The position numbers and the translations under genes are program-made. This document shows, in pieces, positions 28,471-36,470 of a stretch of DNA of 64,000 nucleotides; the stretch's first letter is position 1, and the number at the start of each line of letters is the position of its first letter. This DNA is from Candidatus Paraprochloron terpiosi LD05. Lineage in GTDB: Bacteria; Cyanobacteriota; Cyanobacteriia; Cyanobacteriales; Prochloraceae. The stretch is from assembly GCA_018141785.1 (NCBI GenBank), contig CP073341.1, positions 3,129,422 through 3,193,421 of the forward strand, in the 5' to 3' direction. The notes under the pieces were generated by a model, which did no database searches, was not told the DNA's origin, and saw only the letters and a program-made list of their open reading frames with translations.

Positions 28471-30432
28471 ATGGCTGTACTAGAAAAAGGCAACATTACC
28501 ATTCATACCGAGAATATCTTCCCCATTATCAAGAAGTCTCTCTACACGGATCACGAAATCTTCTTGCGGGAGTTGATTTCCAACGCCGTGGACGCCATCG
28601 CTAAGCGGAAAATGGCATCTTTAGCAGGGGAAGGCTCTGGGGAGGTGCCAGAGGGGAAAATCACCATTACGGTAGATAAGGACAAGAAAACCCTCTCCGT
28701 CTCTGATAATGGTATTGGTATGACTGCTGATGAGGTGAAAAAATACATCAACCAAGTAGCCTTCTCTTCAGCGGAAGAATTTATCCAGAAGTACGAAAAA
28801 AGCGGTCAAGACCTCATCGGTCACTTCGGACTGGGGTTCTATTCTGCCTTCATGGTGGCAAAACTTGTAGAAATAGATACCCTATCGTGTCAGGAAGGTG
28901 CTTCAGGGATTCACTGGTCTTGCGACGGTTCCCCAGGATTTGAATTGAGTGATTCCGAACGTCCTGAGGTGGGTACAACCATCACCCTAACCCTCCTAGA
29001 GGAGGAAAAGGAATATCTGGAAAGTGCCCGAATTAAAAATTTGGTCAAAACCTACTCCGATTTTATGCCCGTAGCCATCGAGTTCGAGAATTCGGTGATT
29101 AATAAGCAAAGGGCTTTGTGGAAAGAATCCCCCCAAAACCTCACTAAAGAAGACTATCTAGAACTATATCGCTATCTCTATCCCTTCCAAGAAGATCCTT
29201 TACTCTGGGTACATTTAAATACAGATTACCCTTTCCTTCTCAATGGCATCCTCTACTTCCCCAAACTCAAACCGGATGTGGATGTGAATAAGGGACAGAT
29301 TAAACTGTTCTGTAACCAGGTATTCGTCAGCGATCATTGCGAAGAAGTGATTCCCGAGTTCCTGATGCCTTTGCGGGGTATGATTGACAGTACGGATATT
29401 CCCCTGAATGTGTCTCGAAGTGCCTTAACCAATCATCGCACTGTGCGTCGCATCTCCGACTATATTACCAAAAAAGTAGCCGATCGCCTCAAATCTCTCT
29501 ATAACGAGGAGCGGAAGGAATACATCCGTTGTTGGGAAGACGTGGGGACTTTTGTCAAATTTGGCGCTCTCAAGGATGAGAAGTTTAAGAAGCAGGTGGA
29601 AGACTTGATTCTTTATCGCACTACCTATCAATCTACTCCCAGTACCCAAGATACTCCGAAGGTGCAAGTAGAATCTAAAGAGGGGGATGTGTGGGAAGAC
29701 GTTAAGACAGAGGACAACGGGAAACCTTATACTTCCCTGAAAGAATATCTTGATCGCAATAAAGAGAGTCACGAAAATCGAGTCTTCTACTGCACCAACC
29801 AGGATACCCAAGGAACCTACGTTCAACTCTACCAAAACCAAGGCTTAGAAGTCCTGTTTATGGACTCTTTCATCGATACCAACTACTTTATTCCTTTCCT
29901 GGAGAGGGAATATAAGGATATAAAATTCTCCCGGGTAGACTCGGAACTAGACAAAACCCTAGTGGAAGAGGATAAAGCGGGGGAAATTGTGGATCCCAAC
30001 ACCAACAAAAGCCGCAATCAGGAGATTAAAGAGCTGTTTGAAAAAGCCTTGAATAAACCGAAAGTGAATATTCGCACCCAAGCGATCAAGTCTGAAGATT
30101 CTCAAGCAACCCCTCCAGCTATGGTACTGTTACCAGAGGCAATGCGGCGAATGCAAGAAATGACGGCTATGATCCAACAACAGACGATGGCATTTCCCGA
30201 AGAGCACATTCTCGCAATTAACACCGCTCATCCCTTAATTGAAAACATTTACCAAATGAGTAAAGGTTCTATTATTCAGGGCTCCGGCGAATCTCCTGCT
30301 GCTGCATTAGCTAAATCTGCTTGTCAGCACGTTTACGATTTAGCCCTGGTAGCTCAAAGAGCTTTCGACGCTGAGGGAATGAAGGGTTTTGTTCAACGAT
30401 CCAATCAGCTCCTAACTCAACTCACCAAATAG
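28471..30432 (+). CDS. htpG: Molecular chaperone HtpG (Hsp90)
   Basis: GHKL ATPase motifs ELISNAVDA, DNGIGMT and GHFGLGFYSAFMVA; 653 aa. Confidence 0.95.
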   Translation: MAVLEKGNITIHTENIFPIIKKSLYTDHEIFLRELISNAVDAIAKRKMASLAGEGSGEVPEGKITITVDKDKKTLSVSDNGIGMTADEVKKYINQVAFSSAEEFIQKYEKSGQDLIGHFGLGFYSAFMVAKLVEIDTLSCQEGASGIHWSCDGSPGFELSDSERPEVGTTITLTLLEEEKEYLESARIKNLVKTYSDFMPVAIEFENSVINKQRALWKESPQNLTKEDYLELYRYLYPFQEDPLLWVHLNTDYPFLLNGILYFPKLKPDVDVNKGQIKLFCNQVFVSDHCEEVIPEFLMPLRGMIDSTDIPLNVSRSALTNHRTVRRISDYITKKVADRLKSLYNEERKEYIRCWEDVGTFVKFGALKDEKFKKQVEDLILYRTTYQSTPSTQDTPKVQVESKEGDVWEDVKTEDNGKPYTSLKEYLDRNKESHENRVFYCTNQDTQGTYVQLYQNQGLEVLFMDSFIDTNYFIPFLEREYKDIKFSRVDSELDKTLVEEDKAGEIVDPNTNKSRNQEIKELFEKALNKPKVNIRTQAIKSEDSQATPPAMVLLPEAMRRMQEMTAMIQQQTMAFPEEHILAINTAHPLIENIYQMSKGSIIQGSGESPAAALAKSACQHVYDLALVAQRAFDAEGMKGFVQRSNQLLTQLTK

Positions 30433-30440
30433 TCATTTCT

Positions 30441-30510
30441 CCCCTCTCTGCGTCTCTGCGCCTCTGCGTGAAACTTCCTCGCGCAAAGACGCAAAGGCGC
30501 AAAGGAGGGG
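30441..30510. repeat. Octamer-repeat element (CTCTGCGN x3, GTGAAAC, then CGCAAAGN x3)
   Basis: Sequence is CCCCTCTCTGCGTCTCTGCGCCTCTGCGTGAAACTTCCTCGCGCAAAGACGCAAAGGCGCAAAGGAGGGG. Related copies lie at 36437-36465, 39335-39369, 39901-39929, 51337-51367, 53178-53208, 55415-55445, 59807-59836 and 63601-63680. Confidence 0.8.
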
Positions 30511-30551
30511 TTGACAGCAATGGCACATCATTGCTATGATAATGATTATCA
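30511..30551 (+). promoter_or_regulatory. Candidate znuA promoter (TTGACA-18-TATGAT) overlapped by a perfect Fur/Zur-type 7-1-7 palindrome
   Basis: -35 TTGACA at 30511..30516 and -10 TATGAT at 30535..30540. The palindrome TGATAATGATTATCA lies at 30537..30551. Confidence 0.6.
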
Positions 30552-30568
30552 TTTTCGTAGGTTGGCTC

Positions 30569-31522
30569 ATGTGGAGACGTTCTTTACTAACTGCATTGAT
30601 TTGTTTGACGACTCTTGGTTCTCTGGTATCTTGTTCCCAGAATCGGCAAGATACCAAGGAAGAGGTCAAAATTGTGGCTACTTTTTTGCCGGTATATCTA
30701 TTTACCCGAGGGGTGACTGGGGATATCCCGGTAGAGATTCTAATCACTCCCAATAAAGAGGTTCACGATTACCAAGCAACCCCGGGAAATGCTCGTACTG
30801 TAGCTGAAGCAAATATTTTGGTAAAAAATGGATTGGGAATAGAAGAATTCTTAGAAAAACTGATTGGGGGGAACTCTCAGCTGACGCAAATTGATGCTAG
30901 TGAAGGGATTGAACCGATTGTGGAAGAGGAAGATGAAGAAAAGGGCGAACACGCACATCATCATGAAGAGGAAGATGAAGAACAGGGCGAACACGCACAT
31001 CATCATCATCATGAAGAGGGAGATCCTCACGTTTGGTTAGATCCAGTGTTGGCGCAAAAACAAGTAACTAATATTCGAGATGGCTTAATTGCTGCGAATC
31101 CTGCTAACGAGGAAACCTATCGCACCAATGGTGATGCTTATATCGCACAACTGCAAGAGTTAGATCGAGAATTTGCAGCCAAATTAGCACCTGTAAAGGG
31201 TTGTAAATTTATGGTGTTTCACGATGCTTTCGCCTATCTCGCTCAACGCTACGGTTTGGAACAAATAGCAATTTTAGGAACTCCGGAAGACAATATGACT
31301 CCCGCCGACATACAAAAAGTGTTAAACTTAGCTAATAGTAATCAAGTTAAGGTATTCTTGGCTGAACCTGGAGTAGAGGATAAGCGACTAGAGCAAATTG
31401 CCAAGGAATCTGGTTTACCGGTGGAAACATTGGATCCCCTGGAGTCTGGGGAAACGGATCCTCAATATTACTTTCGGGTTATGAAACAAAATTTGGCATC
31501 TTTGGAAAAAGCTTGTAAGTGA
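30569..31522 (+). CDS. znuA: Zinc ABC transporter substrate-binding lipoprotein with His-rich loop
   Basis: MWRRSLLTALICLTTLGSLVSC lipobox signal. ZnuA/TroA-type fold with the loop EEDEEKGEHAHHHEEEDEEQGEHAHHHHHEEGDPHVWLDP. The start at 30569 is chosen because 30536 lies inside the operator. Confidence 0.8.
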   Translation: MWRRSLLTALICLTTLGSLVSCSQNRQDTKEEVKIVATFLPVYLFTRGVTGDIPVEILITPNKEVHDYQATPGNARTVAEANILVKNGLGIEEFLEKLIGGNSQLTQIDASEGIEPIVEEEDEEKGEHAHHHEEEDEEQGEHAHHHHHEEGDPHVWLDPVLAQKQVTNIRDGLIAANPANEETYRTNGDAYIAQLQELDREFAAKLAPVKGCKFMVFHDAFAYLAQRYGLEQIAILGTPEDNMTPADIQKVLNLANSNQVKVFLAEPGVEDKRLEQIAKESGLPVETLDPLESGETDPQYYFRVMKQNLASLEKACK

Positions 31523-32283
31523 TGATTACAGATGAACAAGCAGCAGTTAGGGTGCGCCATTTGTCAGTGCTGCGGGGTGACTATTTAGCCCTAGATTCCA
31601 TTTCTTTTGACTTATTACCTGGTACTCATACCGCTATTATCGGTCCCAATGGTGCAGGGAAAAGTACCTTGATTAAGGCTATTTTGGGTTTGATACCAAA
31701 AACCTCGGGACAAGTTCTCATTTTTGGTTGCACGAGCAAAAAATTGAACAAGTTGAGACAAGGGATCGGTTATATTCCCCAAAAATTTCCCTTCCATGGC
31801 AGTTTTCCTCTCACAGTTGCTGAGTTTGTGGGTTTAGCAGTGCCAAAACAGGGATGGTTACTATGCTCCAGCAGAGCAAAACGCCGGGCTGTACAACAAG
31901 CGCTGGAACGAGTTAATTTGCGCCATTTAGCTAAACAAAAAATAGGCACTCTCAGTGGTGGAGAGTTCAAGCGAGTTTTGTTAGCTTATTGTTTGGTGAC
32001 ACCTCGTCGTCTCTTGGTATTAGATGAAGCTTTAGCAGGAGTAGATCAGACGGGAGAGGCAGAATTTGCCGCTTTGCTGGCTTTACTAAAAGAGGAACTT
32101 GGTTGGACTATCTTAGAAGTTTCTCATGATTTGGATTCAGTTAAGCGCTGCTGCGATAACGTTTTCTGTTTAAACCGGAAGCTATTAGCTGAAGGTTGTC
32201 CCCATGTTACTCTTACTCAGAAAAATTTGCAACAAGTTTACGGTGGAACCCATGAACCTACCAGACTGGTTGAGTCTTTTTAG
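31519..32283 (+). CDS. znuC: Zinc/manganese ABC transporter ATP-binding protein
   Basis: Walker A GPNGAGKST, ABC signature LSGGEFKR and Walker B LLVLDEA. Its start overlaps the znuA stop. Confidence 0.85.
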   Translation: MMITDEQAAVRVRHLSVLRGDYLALDSISFDLLPGTHTAIIGPNGAGKSTLIKAILGLIPKTSGQVLIFGCTSKKLNKLRQGIGYIPQKFPFHGSFPLTVAEFVGLAVPKQGWLLCSSRAKRRAVQQALERVNLRHLAKQKIGTLSGGEFKRVLLAYCLVTPRRLLVLDEALAGVDQTGEAEFAALLALLKEELGWTILEVSHDLDSVKRCCDNVFCLNRKLLAEGCPHVTLTQKNLQQVYGGTHEPTRLVESF

Positions 32284-33067
32284 TTTACCTTTCATGCAAA
32301 GGGCTATCTTGGGGGGAGTTCTCTTTGGTATTCTCGGGGGATTATTAGGTTGCTTTGTGATTTTGCGCCGTTTATCTCCCTTCGGGGATACTGTCGGTCA
32401 TGGAGCCATGTTGGGAGTAGTCCTGGCTGCCAGTTTGCAACTCCCTTCAACTTGGGGTTTAATTGGTTATACTGTTATTGTGGGTGTGGCTGTCACTTAT
32501 TTAATTGACCGCACTAATTTAGGTAGTGATACGATTTTATCGATTGTTTTAACTGGTTCTATCTCTTCAGCGATAATTGGCTTGCATTTCTTACCGGGAT
32601 ACAGGGGGAATTTACTTTCGATTTTGTTTGGTGATATTCTGGCTATTAGTAATTTAGATTTAATTTTATTGTTGCTCCTAACAGGTATAATTTTAGCATT
32701 TTTGTTGGTCACTTTACCAGAGCAAATTTTACTCACTCTCAATGCTGACTTGGCTATTATACAAGGTGTTCCTGTTAAATTATATCGTTATTTGTTTATT
32801 ATATTACTTTCCATTACTATTGGTTTAACTGTTCGGGTAGTGGGTATTTTATTGGTGAATGGTTTTTTGGTGATTCCCGCTGCTACTGCTAGACTTATTT
32901 GTCAGGAATTTGTCCCTTTTTTAGCTACTTCAGCGGGTATAGGAGGGCTGAGTGGAGTGGTGGGCATGATTATTTCTGGGACTTTCGATTTACCTTCTGG
33001 GCCTAGTATTGTGTTGGTGCAGTTGGGGGTATTTTTGGGGACAGTTTTACTCCGAAGGCAGAGTTAA
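32252..33067 (+). CDS. znuB: Zinc/manganese ABC transporter permease
   Basis: Polytopic membrane protein. The ATG at 32252 (MNLPDWLSLF...) is preferred over the track start at 32204. Confidence 0.8.
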   Translation: MNLPDWLSLFSLPFMQRAILGGVLFGILGGLLGCFVILRRLSPFGDTVGHGAMLGVVLAASLQLPSTWGLIGYTVIVGVAVTYLIDRTNLGSDTILSIVLTGSISSAIIGLHFLPGYRGNLLSILFGDILAISNLDLILLLLLTGIILAFLLVTLPEQILLTLNADLAIIQGVPVKLYRYLFIILLSITIGLTVRVVGILLVNGFLVIPAATARLICQEFVPFLATSAGIGGLSGVVGMIISGTFDLPSGPSIVLVQLGVFLGTVLLRRQS

Positions 33068-33078
33068 ATGGGGTGTTT

Positions 33079-33774
33079 TTAATCAAGCTTCATTAAGGTT
33101 TTGAGCCGCTCCAGTTCCATTTTGAGAGCATCTCGTTCTGCCACTTGTTGGGCTTTTTCTATTTCCATCAAACGCCTGACTGATAGGGGATTGAGCACTT
33201 CATCTACTGTTAACTTTAATTGGGGCAAAACTTGAGACAGGATCTGCTCCCTTTTCCGAAACTCTCTATGGTGGTAGGGACTACCAGGATAGGCTGAATT
33301 ACACACCCGAATGTGTTCTCGATTCCTGTTGATAATCCAGTATTCGGGAATCCCGATGGCGGCATACTCTTGGTGTTTCTTTTTATAATCCTCCGCCTCG
33401 TTTGTGCTAGTGACTTCTATAACCAGTAATGGAGTTTGGTTGTGCTGAAAAATTCCTGCCTCTCCCACTTGAGCAATATCCAGCCAATGCTCTTCCAGGT
33501 TCACACATATATCCACAATACGGCAGGTATTTTTGTTAATTCTGAATCCCACTTCTTTCCCCGCCCTCAGTTGGGTTTGGGTATCAGCGAATAATTTGTT
33601 GAAGATGTAAACCAAAAACTCGCAGATAACAATGTGTAATCCAGCAGGTGGTGCCATAAGCTGTAAATATCCCTCAACCAATTCGTAGCGATCGCCGGTG
33701 CCATCTTCATAGGAGCAATATTCTTCAAAGGTGAAGATTCTTCCAACAGCGGTTTTGAGCGTAACAGCAGACAT
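33079..33774 (-). CDS. Uma2 family (DUF820) endonuclease-like protein
   Basis: Contains PLLVIEVTSTNEAEDYKKKHQEYAAIGIPEYWII, the Uma2 core motif. Confidence 0.85.
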   Translation of the reverse strand: MSAVTLKTAVGRIFTFEEYCSYEDGTGDRYELVEGYLQLMAPPAGLHIVICEFLVYIFNKLFADTQTQLRAGKEVGFRINKNTCRIVDICVNLEEHWLDIAQVGEAGIFQHNQTPLLVIEVTSTNEAEDYKKKHQEYAAIGIPEYWIINRNREHIRVCNSAYPGSPYHHREFRKREQILSQVLPQLKLTVDEVLNPLSVRRLMEIEKAQQVAERDALKMELERLKTLMKLD

Positions 33775-35675
33775 GTGGGGTTGAAGTCTTGTTGTGGTCC
33801 GCCATAGTACTCTACTTCGTAGGTTACCGTGGCACCATTAACGTTGGCTACTACTTGACTGACGTCTTCATAAAGCTGAATATTGCGGAACTCACTTATT
33901 GCCGTTGGGTTAGAAACATCGTGGTCGTTTACTAAGGTGAGGTAGTTAAACTGACCAGTGAAGAAATCTCCCACCGAAATTTGATAGGATTTCCAGCCCT
34001 CCCCAGTAATATAGTCGTTGAAGGAGTTAATACCCCAATTTTGGGTACCGTAGAGTTGGAAGGTGAAGTTATAGCTCTGTTGGTTGTCATTGTCGAAACC
34101 AATACCATGGATCTCTCCTTGGGCAGTACTGCGGAATTCAAATTCCAGCACCGTATTTTCGGTGATATTGTAGCTTCCTAAGTCTAGCTTCTTCCAACCA
34201 TTCCCTTCTATCTCTACTTCGGTTCCGTCAATAGTGACAGTGGGGTTTTTGTCTTGCCATCCACCACCGTAGGATTCTACTTCGTAGGTTACCGTGGCAC
34301 CGTTAACGTTGACTGCTACCCCATTTACTTGACTGACGTCATCCTTTGGTATAGGGGAACCGCCATCACCTAAAGCTAGAATAGCTTCTCCCAAAGCCAG
34401 CACATCCACCCGCTTGAAATCCAGACCAGTTGCCCCATCGTGAATAGTAACTCCAGTGGAACGCAGGAGACTTTTCAGTTCTGGTACCGTCAGTCGGCGA
34501 TTTATTTCCCGCTCTGCCAATTCCTGAGCTAATGCTGCAATGCCCGCTACATGGGGCGCTGCCATGCTCGTACCTGACCATGTGGAGTAGCCCCCATAGG
34601 CGTTAGCCGCCGTTATGGGTGACCCAGGAGCAAAAACAGTAGTGAGAGTTTCGTGGCGATCGGAGAAAAAACTGATGCTACCAGTGGTGTCATCGACTGA
34701 ACCAACAGAGAAGACGTTGGGGTCGGCTGACATCAGATTAACTCCCCCGGTAAAGCCCCAGTTACCCGACGCAACGGAAACAACAATATCCTGTTCAGCT
34801 AGAGCTTTGTACTCATCGGAATACAAGCTGTTGAAGAAGTGTGTAACAACAAAACTTCCTAGAGAGATATTAACACTGGCTACGTTATAGGTGGAGGCAT
34901 TTGCCACTACCCATTGCAAGGCTTGTTCCTTAACCCTCCAGCCGTAGTTTTCTTGAGGCCCCGGGCTGTAGCCGTTGTCGTCAAGAACTTTGAGGTGAAT
35001 GATGTTTGCCCCCGGAGCCATACTAGCGGCAATACTGGAGACGTGGGAACCGTGTCCGTGTACGTCGCTAGCGTCTGCATCGTTGTAGGCGAAATCGTAG
35101 TGATAGACGATGCGATCTGCCACTCCGTCACCGTCCTTATCGGGACCGAATGCCTCGTGGTCCAAGTCAATTCCTGAGTCTATGATAACGATACTGTAAC
35201 CGCTGCCATCAATTCCCGCAAAACGAGCATCCTGTTGGAAGTCGTCATGGTTAATCAGGGAAGCAGCCTCGGAGTCGATTGCGGTTGCGGTTGCGGTTGT
35301 GGCCACTGTACCAGTAGTATAGACTACTAGTTCTTCGACATTTTCTCCAGAACTTGCCTCTGGAGCGGAACTTAGGAAGGTTACTTGGGTTGCGAAAGGA
35401 ATGATTTGGGTTAGAGAGTCTTTTCCTATGGTTCCTGTAAAGGAGTTTGCATTACTAAAATTAGTAACCTTAAAACCTAATACTTCTAACTTGGGCAGTA
35501 AGTCCTCTGGAGCGTTAGTTTTTATTTTAATGTTGACCCCCAGTCCCTGGCCTTCTTGACTACTTTTTCTTTGTTGGGGGAGCATGGTTGGTTCCAATTT
35601 ACCTAACAAATTCTCATCTAGATTAATCTGATGTTCATTGTTGTTGGTGTTGATTAAGTTAGTGTTTTTAGCCAT
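33775..35675 (-). CDS. Subtilisin-like S8 serine peptidase with repeated C-terminal beta-rich module; 3' end truncated
   Basis: Catalytic triad contexts are IVIIDSGIDLD, HGHGSHVSS and SGTSMAAPHVAG. The ORF nominally continues to 33567, but that tail is an out-of-frame read-through of the Uma2 gene. Confidence 0.8.
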
Positions 35676-35825
35676 TTTTGCTCTCAGTTAATAGGACATT
35701 TTAGGAAAGGCACCTTGTCCTTATATTATCTACTTTATCAGGTATTTGCGAGAATTAGCTGTGATTTGGAACAACTTTTTTATAAATATTTTGTAAAGAT
35801 TTGACAAATTCAAAAAATAACAACA

Positions 35826-36470
35826 ATGAAAAATAAGAAGAAGGAACGTCTGATTATCTTTACCCGTTATCCAGAACCAGGAAAGACCAAAACGAGAATG
35901 ATTTCCATATTGGGAGCAGAGGGCGCAGCATCTCTCCAGCGTGAGATGACGGAATTTACCGTAAAACAAGGACAGAAAATTAAACAGATTCGGGGATTAT
36001 CCTTAGAAGTCCATTTTGCAGGTGGAGACTTCCAGACTATGGAAGATTGGTTGGGTTCTGATCTAGTATATCATGAACAATCAAAAGGAGATTTAGGAGA
36101 ACGAATGAATTCCGCTTTCACCCTTTCCTTTGGTGAGGATATGACTAGAGTGGTAATCATTGGAATTGATTGTCCCGGATTGAATCCACCCATTTTAGCT
36201 AAAGCTTTTGATACCCTAAGTGAATATGACCTAGTTCTCGGTCCTGCAAAAGATGGAGGTTATTATCTCATTGGATTGAGGTGTTCGGTTCCGGAGTTAT
36301 TTCGCGGTGTTACCTGGGGAACAGGTTTAGTTTTGGCTCAAACTACTTGTATTGCAGAAAAGCTAGGTTTATCGTCCTATTATTTGGATTTATTGGAGGA
36401 TGTGGATCGTCCGGAAGATTTGCCTATTTGGACTCGCGCAGAGGCGCAGAGGGCGCAGAGGTTAGGATAA
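35826..36470 (+). CDS. DUF2064 / TIGR04282-type glycosyltransferase-like protein
   Basis: The N-terminal RLIIFTRYPEPGKTKTRM motif is typical of DUF2064. The last ~10 codons (AEAQRAQRLG) are encoded by an octamer-repeat element. Confidence 0.6.
   Translation: MKNKKKERLIIFTRYPEPGKTKTRMISILGAEGAASLQREMTEFTVKQGQKIKQIRGLSLEVHFAGGDFQTMEDWLGSDLVYHEQSKGDLGERMNSAFTLSFGEDMTRVVIIGIDCPGLNPPILAKAFDTLSEYDLVLGPAKDGGYYLIGLRCSVPELFRGVTWGTGLVLAQTTCIAEKLGLSSYYLDLLEDVDRPEDLPIWTRAEAQRAQRLG

Noticed and set aside
30441-30510. The octamer repeats as a possible CRISPR array.
   Set aside because: The period is 8 nt with no spacers and only 2-3 units per site, and no cas genes are present. This is not CRISPR.
33567-33774. 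The last 69 codons of the 702-aa peptidase ORF.
   Set aside because: They are an out-of-frame read through the Uma2 gene and have no similarity to the repeated peptidase module.
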